The notes beneath the pieces were generated by a model. That model saw nothing but the letters and a program-made list of their open reading frames with translations. It did no database searches and had not been told where the DNA came from. From a virus (Duplodnaviria > Caudoviricetes), in the IMG/VR virus record IMGVR_UViG_3300005099_000077, positions 1-51,048 of that record: 51,048 nucleotides of DNA; one strand, given 5' to 3'. Made by a program: the position numbers and the translations under genes. Each line of letters begins with the position of its first letter. The first letter of the stretch is position 1. This document shows positions 16,491 through 24,085 of the stretch, in pieces.

Positions 16491-18326
16491 ATGAAAGAGA
16501 TTTTGACGCGGGTATTCCTCGTCCTTTTAGTGACCGTAGGGACATTCACAGCCCAGGGCCTTACGGTTGTGGGGCCGAACGAAGTCCAGGTTTTGACCTA
16601 CCGAACTCTTCAAGGTTACGGAGAAGAGGTTGGTTACATTGCCGAACCGGGCGTTTACATCGTTGACCCGTTTATGGAACGAATCTCGTTCAAGATGGGA
16701 ATCAAGTGGCCCACAACGCTGGACTATCTCAGGGCAGCGCTGTTCGCCGATGAAATGCGAGATGCATATTATGAGCTAGAGGGGCCACACAACCCGACGA
16801 ACGAGGCTGAAATCCTCCAGATGGTTGAGGATGTTATTCCGTACATCAATGCTTACGAGAAGGCCATCGGACGCCCGGTTGCCGTGGACGAGGTAAAGTT
16901 TTTCTGGCCGGAGAAAGGGTCGGGTCGTTACGACCTCCCGATTGCGTATTACTGCTATCTGGAACGCAGCATCACCGTCAATATGTCGTTCTTCCGCGAG
17001 TATATGCGTGGAGATGATAGCTTTCTGGCCGTTCTCGTCCACGAGATGAACCACTCTGCGTTGAACTTCGGGACGGGGGAGATTCTTTGTCAGCTTCTCA
17101 CCTTGCAGGTCTTATATGATATGGCCGAAGACGGCTACCCCGGTGCGAATTTTGCCTTTTGGGACGAACTTCGCAGTTGGTTTCTCTGTGCCGCCAAGTA
17201 TAGGGTGTACTACAATCACGGATGGCGGGCTATTAACTTGGGGATGGCACGGCACGTAGGTTATACCCTCCGGTGGTATCACGAGGAGGAAAATGAGCAC
17301 CTCCCTATGTCCTGGATGACTTATGACTTCGATAGTGCCTTGCCGTCCATACCTCATACGCTTTGGTGGTTCTTCACCGGCCATTCCAAACTCCTGGACT
17401 TCGAGCCGCTGTTTACCGACCCGTTCGTTAAGTTTACCCAGGCGTTTGTGCAGTGGAAGTATAATCTTCGGGTCAACGGCATTCACATTCGGCCCGCCCA
17501 TATTCTACACAAGCTGGGAGTGAGTTATCAGGTTTTGCGGAAGCTTTTCGGCCCCAATTATTGGCATATTGACTGGATTCTGAAGCCGGGCGAGCGCGAT
17601 TATCTCAAAGCTTATGTTGAAGCTATCTATGAGGGCGAGCATACGCACAAGGCTGAATTTGAGCGCAAAATGCGCGAAGACCCCGAACACTTCGCCCCCA
17701 TTTGGTGGGAGTATCTCTATGGGCCGCTTCAGGTTATCGAGGCTAAAGCCGCCGGAATACCGTGTCGGTATCTGACCTGGGCCATAGACATTAACGACCT
17801 TCTGGAAGGCGGCGATATGATGGTTTTCTTCGCCCTCTATTTCGGATTTGGGGCACATATTTCCGAAATGGAGTTTGAGGATGTTGGGCCTCTTGTTTGG
17901 CAACTGTTGAACATTGAGTTAACCCCCCAAACTAGCGAGGAAGATGGCTGCGACAAAATTGTGCCCTTTATCTTCGATACGCCGCCCGAAAAGCCCCGTA
18001 TGAATGTATTCCCAACCCTGCCGGTCATAACCATTATCCTGGTGATTGTCGAGTGGCAGGTCAGAAAGAAATCGTGGTGGGTTAAGGTCAAGACGTTCGC
18101 CTGGCGCTACTTTATCAACCTCTGCATCAGCATTGACCAATTTTTCAACACCTTGTTCTTCGGCGACCCCGACGAGACGATTTCAAGCCGGTTAGGGAAG
18201 TTCAAAGACAAGGTGAAATTCTATCGAATCATCTGTTGGTTCTTAGACCTGATTGACCCTGGGCATTGTCAAGACGCCATCGAAGAGGACGAGGGCGAGA
18301 AGCAGTTGACGCCTTTCGAGGCGTAA
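16491..18326 (+). CDS. Exported/membrane-anchored HEXXH zinc metallopeptidase fused to a phage DQxxN...PDETISSRxG domain
   Basis: N-terminal signal-like segment, VLVHEMNH with downstream E, C-terminal TM, then IDQFFNTLFFGDPDETISSRLGK...DPGHC. Confidence 0.7.
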   Translation: MKEILTRVFLVLLVTVGTFTAQGLTVVGPNEVQVLTYRTLQGYGEEVGYIAEPGVYIVDPFMERISFKMGIKWPTTLDYLRAALFADEMRDAYYELEGPHNPTNEAEILQMVEDVIPYINAYEKAIGRPVAVDEVKFFWPEKGSGRYDLPIAYYCYLERSITVNMSFFREYMRGDDSFLAVLVHEMNHSALNFGTGEILCQLLTLQVLYDMAEDGYPGANFAFWDELRSWFLCAAKYRVYYNHGWRAINLGMARHVGYTLRWYHEEENEHLPMSWMTYDFDSALPSIPHTLWWFFTGHSKLLDFEPLFTDPFVKFTQAFVQWKYNLRVNGIHIRPAHILHKLGVSYQVLRKLFGPNYWHIDWILKPGERDYLKAYVEAIYEGEHTHKAEFERKMREDPEHFAPIWWEYLYGPLQVIEAKAAGIPCRYLTWAIDINDLLEGGDMMVFFALYFGFGAHISEMEFEDVGPLVWQLLNIELTPQTSEEDGCDKIVPFIFDTPPEKPRMNVFPTLPVITIILVIVEWQVRKKSWWVKVKTFAWRYFINLCISIDQFFNTLFFGDPDETISSRLGKFKDKVKFYRIICWFLDLIDPGHCQDAIEEDEGEKQLTPFEA

Positions 18327-18337
18327 GGAGGAGGGCA

Positions 18338-18439
18338 ATGATTGATGAACGCGCTTTTGTGGCGTGGGTAGTTTTAGCCTTCGTCTGCGCCATCATCTTT
18401 CTTGGATGTTCGGCGCTCATTCTGAGAGGAGGGGTATGA
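18338..18439 (+). CDS. 33-aa single-TM peptide
   Basis: MIDERAFVAWVVLAFVCAIIFLGCSALILRGGV; RBS AGGAGGAGG. Confidence 0.65.
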   Translation: MIDERAFVAWVVLAFVCAIIFLGCSALILRGGV

Positions 18440-18561
18440 TGGACGCCTTTAGCGATGTTTTTGGGGCATTCGGGGTTGTTCTGATTGTCGCTATCATCGT
18501 TTGCGTCTTAATCGGCCTTGCAGTTGGCGAGGGCCACGACGGATTCTACGACGATTGGTGA
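18436..18561 (+). CDS. 41-aa single-TM peptide
   Basis: MMDAFSDVFGAFGVVLIVAIIVCVLIGLAVGEGHDGFYDDW; RBS GGAGGGG; ATGA overlap. Confidence 0.65.
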   Translation: MMDAFSDVFGAFGVVLIVAIIVCVLIGLAVGEGHDGFYDDW

Positions 18562-18568
18562 GGGTAAA

Positions 18569-18790
18569 ATGGCACGAAGACGAAGCAGAAAAAGCACGTC
18601 CAGATATAAAGCAACCGGCCCTGTGGGTACGGGTGTGCGCTTCAGGAAGCTGGTTGCGGCTTTGAGAAAGCGCGGCGCTAAGAATCCCAAGGCGCTTGCT
18701 GCCTGGATTGGGCGCAAGAAATACGGAAAGAAGCGGTTCCAGAAAATGGCGGCTCGTGGTCGTAGCCGCAAAGCTAGACGACGGAAGTAA
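18569..18790 (+). CDS. Small highly basic protein (ALAAWIGRKKYG type)
   Basis: 73 aa, very R/K-rich, TAATG coupling to TerL. Confidence 0.8.
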   Translation: MARRRSRKSTSRYKATGPVGTGVRFRKLVAALRKRGAKNPKALAAWIGRKKYGKKRFQKMAARGRSRKARRRK

Positions 18791-20178
18791 TGGCTTACCA
18801 ATCGCGTGCTCATATACCGTGGTCGCTTAAGGCCCCGTTATATGAGGCGATAGGTTATAAGCCTTTTGGTGCGCAAGAACCGTTTCATCGCAGCACGGCT
18901 TTACATCGCATCTTCGGGGCTGGTAACCAATCGGGGAAAACCTATTGTGGAGCGAGGGAGATTTTTCCGCAGCTAGTCATCCCCATCTACGACCCGACCT
19001 TGGGGGCAGCGCGAGGCCGACGTGGTTGGGTTGTTGTCCCGCGTTATTCGTTGGCCGACCCGATAGTTAGCGAAATAATCAATGTGCTGGAAATGTTTGG
19101 CTTCAAGCGGGTGGCGCGAGGCGGGACGTTACGCGAGGGCGAATTCCATTGGGCAAAGAAAACTCATCACCTTACCGTCTGGACTGGCGCGGAGTTGTGG
19201 GTCAAATCGGCGGATGAACCTGCTGCATTGCACGCACAACCCCTCGACTGGATTCTGATAGACGAGGGAGGTCTGGTGCCATTTGAGATTTACCAGGTCT
19301 CCCTTGTTCCGCGTTTGACGGTTACCGGCGGGTGGATTGCTGCCCTGGGGACGTTCGAGGACACCATTGTTGGTAAGTGGTTTGAGGATTACTGGTACAT
19401 CGGGCAGATGCCGAACGACCGGGGCATCGAAAGTTTCCGTCACCCCACGACCGCTAACCCTTACGTGGATAAAGCGTGGCTAGAAGAGCAACGCAAAAAC
19501 TATGACCCCGATTTGTTTGCCGCCCGATTCGAGGCCATTCCTAAGCCGAACACGCGCCTGGTATTCCGCACGTTTAGCTTTGCCGACCACGTAGATGCTG
19601 AGCTTGCGACGTTTGACCCCCAACTTCCCGTTTATTTAGGTGTTGACCCCGGTGGCGTCTATGGTGTGGTTGTTCTTCAAATTAAATATGTCGAAGGCCG
19701 GGGGGATGTCGTTTGCGTTATAGACGAATACTACGACCAATCAGGCAAAGCCACACCAACCATTGTTGATGAGCTTCGCAAGCGTAAATGGTGGCGAAAC
19801 CTGGGCCTGAACGGGGAGATGATGGGGGCCATTGACAAGGCCAACAAGGAGAGCCGACAGTTGTGGAGGAATGCGGGTGTCAAGTTGGCCATCAATGCCG
19901 TCCCCATTGAAGCAGGAAACGACCTGCTGCGGTCATTCCTTAGCCAACGACGCTTTGTCGTTCACCCCAAGTGTCGGAACTTCTTGTTGGAGATGAAGAA
20001 GTATTCTTACCCCCGGCGGACGGCGGGCCGTGAAGTGCGCGCCGGTCGTCCTGTGGACGAGTATAACCACCTCATTAAGGCCACGATTTATTTCTTGGTG
20101 GCCAAATTTGGTTGGTGCGGTATTCGTCCCGATAAGCGGCAGGCGATTCCGCCGCGCCGTTGGTGGAGTTTGAAATGA
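18790..20178 (+). CDS. terL: Terminase large subunit
   Basis: Q motif KPFGAQ, Walker A GAGNQSGKT, Walker B ILIDEG, ANPY, nuclease LGVDPG, DEYY, DEYNH. Confidence 0.93.
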   Translation: MAYQSRAHIPWSLKAPLYEAIGYKPFGAQEPFHRSTALHRIFGAGNQSGKTYCGAREIFPQLVIPIYDPTLGAARGRRGWVVVPRYSLADPIVSEIINVLEMFGFKRVARGGTLREGEFHWAKKTHHLTVWTGAELWVKSADEPAALHAQPLDWILIDEGGLVPFEIYQVSLVPRLTVTGGWIAALGTFEDTIVGKWFEDYWYIGQMPNDRGIESFRHPTTANPYVDKAWLEEQRKNYDPDLFAARFEAIPKPNTRLVFRTFSFADHVDAELATFDPQLPVYLGVDPGGVYGVVVLQIKYVEGRGDVVCVIDEYYDQSGKATPTIVDELRKRKWWRNLGLNGEMMGAIDKANKESRQLWRNAGVKLAINAVPIEAGNDLLRSFLSQRRFVVHPKCRNFLLEMKKYSYPRRTAGREVRAGRPVDEYNHLIKATIYFLVAKFGWCGIRPDKRQAIPPRRWWSLK

Positions 20179-22034
20179 AGATAACAACCGACGATATTCT
20201 AGCCAAAGCGCGACATCTGCATAACTTTTATAGGCAGCGAAACACCAATATGAAGATTTGGCGGAGTTTGGCCCTTCTGTCCAAATATTCGCTTTGGACG
20301 GATGAGGAGGGTGCATACATTCCGCCCGAAGACCAGGAGATTCGTGTTAACCTGCCTATTGCTTATACCATAGTCGAGGGGTATCGGACGCTCTTGCTTT
20401 CCCGACCGCCAGTTATTAGCGTGCCTACGTCCTCAATCAAGGCCGTGCATCAAGACCAGGCCGAAGAGATTGAGAAAATGCTGTATGGCATTTGGGAGAC
20501 CTCCAACGTTTTGGAGGCAGTCAAGGAGGCGCTGTGGCACGCGCTGGCTGAAGGGTGGGGAGTGTTGCAGATTGTTTATGATGCCGATGCTGAAGAGCGC
20601 GGCGCGTGTCCTATCTACGCCAAGGCCGTTGACCCCCTTAACGTTTATCCGATGCCTGCCGACCGCCCCAACGAGTGGGCTTATGTCATCGTCATAGAAA
20701 AGCGGCTGGTTGGGGAATTGTATCAGACTTACGTGGCCGGGCACGATAAGCGGCTGCGAACAACCAAGATTGCACAGCAGGCTTTGGAGGGGTTTAAGGA
20801 CACCGATGAGGTAGCGGTCATTGGCTATTGGGATGACACGCACTTTGCAACCGGCATTGCCCCCTTCAGTCTTCTCAAGGGCGAGGAAGCCGAAACTCCC
20901 GCTGAAGTGCGATGGCTGGAAGAGCCGACCGAACACGAGTTGGGCCGCGTGCCTTTCGTGTTCTTCTTCGGCATTGACTTGCCTTACCGGGACAAAGGCG
21001 AGAGGATAGGCGTGAGTGTGCTATGGCCCATCGAGGGCCTGATTCGTTACGCTGCTCGCCTATTCTCGCAGAAAGCTACCATCATTGCCCGCTTTGCTGA
21101 CCCGACCCTGGTGACTAAGACGCTGGAAGGCCGGGGCTTTGAGGGAGTTGGAACATACGGCGGCCAGCTTCCTCTGGAGTTGGAGGAGGACGCCTACTAT
21201 CTCCAACCTCCTACCCAGGCCCTCAGCAGCGTGGATGTCCAGATTGAGGAGATTCTAGGGCAAATCGAGCAGGCCGGTCTTCCGCGCCACGTGCTGGGCC
21301 AGCTTACCGTCAGCCGCTTGTCGGGCGTGGCAATGAACTTGCTGCGCACGCCGGTGTTGATGAAGATTGCCTTCAAGCAGATGGGTATCGAGAATGCGTT
21401 GGAGAAAATGAACGAGATGTTCCTGCGCATTATCGAGAATCGCGTTACCCATCCGGTCTACATTTGGGGGACGATGCCCGACGGCACCCCAATCGAGACC
21501 GTGCTTACCCCCGAAGTAATCGGCGGGTATTACCGCAACCGCGTGCGCTTGACGGCTTCATTGCCTACCGATGAACCGGCGGTGACGGCGATGTTGACCG
21601 CTTTGGTGCAGCTAGGCATCCTGTCCAAGCGGGCTGCGCGCGATGTCATCCAGCAGACTTTCCGTGACCTGGCCCCGCAAAGCTTGAAGCAGGAGGAAGA
21701 CCAAATTCTCATCGAGACCCTGTTGGAGATGCCCGCCATCAAGAATGCTTTGATGTGGGATGCTGCACAAGAGGCCGGTTTGCCCATTGTTGAGGAATTG
21801 ATGGGCCAGCAAGGGCAACAACCGCGACAGGGCGCAATTTTCCAGGCGGGGGCAGAGGCCGGGCTACCGGCTCAGACTTTCCCCTTCCGCATTGCGGGAA
21901 GGCAAGAACCCACTACCCCGGATATAGTTAGGCGCTTGGCTCAGGTAACTTTGGGGGCACAAGGCGGCTCGCCTAACCCGCCGCCGACTGCCAGCCCAAT
22001 GGGGCCAGAGTTACCGACCGAAGTTGAGGAATGA
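20175..22034 (+). CDS. Portal protein
   Basis: Follows TerL; ~620 aa; VDPLNVYP, HELGRVPFV, LSGVAM motifs; Q/P-rich tail. Confidence 0.88.
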   Translation: MKITTDDILAKARHLHNFYRQRNTNMKIWRSLALLSKYSLWTDEEGAYIPPEDQEIRVNLPIAYTIVEGYRTLLLSRPPVISVPTSSIKAVHQDQAEEIEKMLYGIWETSNVLEAVKEALWHALAEGWGVLQIVYDADAEERGACPIYAKAVDPLNVYPMPADRPNEWAYVIVIEKRLVGELYQTYVAGHDKRLRTTKIAQQALEGFKDTDEVAVIGYWDDTHFATGIAPFSLLKGEEAETPAEVRWLEEPTEHELGRVPFVFFFGIDLPYRDKGERIGVSVLWPIEGLIRYAARLFSQKATIIARFADPTLVTKTLEGRGFEGVGTYGGQLPLELEEDAYYLQPPTQALSSVDVQIEEILGQIEQAGLPRHVLGQLTVSRLSGVAMNLLRTPVLMKIAFKQMGIENALEKMNEMFLRIIENRVTHPVYIWGTMPDGTPIETVLTPEVIGGYYRNRVRLTASLPTDEPAVTAMLTALVQLGILSKRAARDVIQQTFRDLAPQSLKQEEDQILIETLLEMPAIKNALMWDAAQEAGLPIVEELMGQQGQQPRQGAIFQAGAEAGLPAQTFPFRIAGRQEPTTPDIVRRLAQVTLGAQGGSPNPPPTASPMGPELPTEVEE

Positions 22035-22279
22035 ACCTACCTTATGTAGTTAACAGCACTGCAAAACAACTTCACAAGTATCGGAAGGCTATTCGGCGTA
22101 CCTTCCGCCCGTCGCCTGACCAGATTCGGGTCTTGACGCCCGAAGAACAGGTGCGTCGCTTCCTGTCTTTGACGATGGACGACCTGGAAAATATCAGGCG
22201 ACAGCGGGGGACGACCGAATTGATGCGTTACGTCTTGGCACAATTAGAAAATCTGAAGGCGTTGAGAAATGCTGTATGA
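22031..22279 (+). CDS. Hypothetical protein
   Basis: 82-aa ORF, ATGA-coupled to portal. Confidence 0.75.
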   Translation: MNLPYVVNSTAKQLHKYRKAIRRTFRPSPDQIRVLTPEEQVRRFLSLTMDDLENIRRQRGTTELMRYVLAQLENLKALRNAV

Positions 22280-23081
22280 GGATGGTGGGGGGAGAAAACC
22301 CCGCAAACGTAAACCCCGCAAACCTAAAGTCCCAACCTATCCGAAAACTCTTGGGCCTGGGCAACCCGAATATCCGGGCGAGTATAAGCCTCCCCGCCGC
22401 ACAGGTATTCCTCCCGGCCCTTGGGGGCCAGGTGGAGAGGAGGGCCAGGTAGGGCTAGAACAGAAGCCGCCTGTGCCGCGCCCTTCCGCCCGCGTTGGTG
22501 ACCCAGGTGGGCCGGGGCCTGCTGCTTGGCGTTATCAATTCTATCTTCAGCACGGGCGTTGGCCCAACGAACAGGATTACGAGGATTATAAGTGGTCGCT
22601 GGATTTCCAGCGGCTATATGGCCGTCCGCCTTCCGAAGAGGACTGGAAGGCCCACTGGTTTGCCTCACAAGGAGGCGGCGGTGGTGGAGGCGGAGGGGAA
22701 GAGCCTAAACGCCCGGAAACCATCGGCGAGATTTTGCACAAACTTCTCTTCCCCGAAGAGTATCAGCTTCCTGTCTATATGCGAGACTTCGGGCGCTATA
22801 TCGAGGAGTTGTTAACCCAAAACCCGGAGTTTGCGATTGCGCCCCCGAAGTTTAATGAGCAAGGGGAGTTGATACCTCCCACAGAGGAGGCTGCTGAAAA
22901 GCCTCTGGAAGAGTTCGAGAGTGTCGAGGCTTATGCCCAGGCTTGGAATGAATTTCTAGAAACATTGAAAACTTTGTCCCTGGAAGAGCAGCAATATTAT
23001 CAGGGTTTGCGTTATTCCCCGGAGACGGGGTGGTATCGTAGCGGGGCTGTCCCCCTGTTACCACATCCGGAGTATCTGTAA
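22269..23081 (+). CDS. Pro/Gly-rich putative internal virion protein
   Basis: 270 aa, duplicated F..xGRxPxExD segment, poly-Gly linker. Confidence 0.7.
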   Translation: MLYEDGGGRKPRKRKPRKPKVPTYPKTLGPGQPEYPGEYKPPRRTGIPPGPWGPGGEEGQVGLEQKPPVPRPSARVGDPGGPGPAAWRYQFYLQHGRWPNEQDYEDYKWSLDFQRLYGRPPSEEDWKAHWFASQGGGGGGGGGEEPKRPETIGEILHKLLFPEEYQLPVYMRDFGRYIEELLTQNPEFAIAPPKFNEQGELIPPTEEAAEKPLEEFESVEAYAQAWNEFLETLKTLSLEEQQYYQGLRYSPETGWYRSGAVPLLPHPEYL

Positions 23082-24085
23082 TGCCTGACCGTTGGGCAGT
23101 TCTGGAACAGAAGATAAAACAAGAACCTGAAACTCTTCCTCCTCAATATCGGCCTTATAGCTGGTGGGAAGAGTATCAAAAGAAATATACCAAACCGAAA
23201 CCGGAACCTAAGCCGGAGTATAAGGTTGAAGACCTTGAGTGGTGGGAGTACGACCGTTATGGTCGCGCCCCTGAGCCACAGGTGAAGGCTGCCCCACCTA
23301 CTCCGGTTACGCCACCTCAGCCCCAATTCCAAGAGCCGCCCTTCAACCCCTATCTGGACGACCCCCATTTGTCCGCGTGGGACAAGATTAAGATGGGGTT
23401 GAACCATTGGATAGACGAGTTAGACCAAGGTAAACAAGACATCAAGAGCACTGCCGAATTGGTTCAGCAATTGGCGGTAGAACAATTTCGTCGTCCGACC
23501 CTGAAGAGGGCAGGACGGCTAGCTTGGGAGACGGGTAAAGGCTTCCTTAAGCTGGCAATTACCGGATTTACCAAGGTAGCTGGGCCTGTGGCCAACCAGT
23601 TGGCTTACCTTCACGAACGGTTCAATGGTAAGCTTTGGCGGGATAGCGTTTGGGTGAAACCCAAGCCCCGCTTTGAACATCGGGGGCTAACCATTCGGGA
23701 AACCACGCAGCAAGCCTTAGCGCGCGTTTGGGGTCAGGCAGTCTCGCGCGAGCCTATTGAGTATGATGAAGAAGAGATAGCCAAATATGGACGCACGCCT
23801 AACGAGTGGTTGAAGCGCGAGTATGGAGATGACCCTGAGAAATACCGCAAGGCGCAAGTTGCGGCTCAAGAGCTTGACCGCATAAGTTTTAGCCTTGCCC
23901 CCGACCCGGAGAAATTCCGGGAGGGTATTCGCCGCATTGTGGACAAGGGCGAGCCAGTTGATGAGGTCTTGAAAGATTTGGAAGACCCAATAGTTGAGGC
24001 CGTGATGCAAGCTTCGCCCACTGAACATTCCACAAGCGGCGGCCCCTCACTGGATTACAACCCTGCGGCGACAGCGGTTGGCTAA
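23081..24085 (+). CDS. Large internal virion (ejection) protein, part 1
   Basis: 334-aa ORF; +1 frame is open from 24006 into the next ORF. Confidence 0.7.
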   Translation: MPDRWAVLEQKIKQEPETLPPQYRPYSWWEEYQKKYTKPKPEPKPEYKVEDLEWWEYDRYGRAPEPQVKAAPPTPVTPPQPQFQEPPFNPYLDDPHLSAWDKIKMGLNHWIDELDQGKQDIKSTAELVQQLAVEQFRRPTLKRAGRLAWETGKGFLKLAITGFTKVAGPVANQLAYLHERFNGKLWRDSVWVKPKPRFEHRGLTIRETTQQALARVWGQAVSREPIEYDEEEIAKYGRTPNEWLKREYGDDPEKYRKAQVAAQELDRISFSLAPDPEKFREGIRRIVDKGEPVDEVLKDLEDPIVEAVMQASPTEHSTSGGPSLDYNPAATAVG

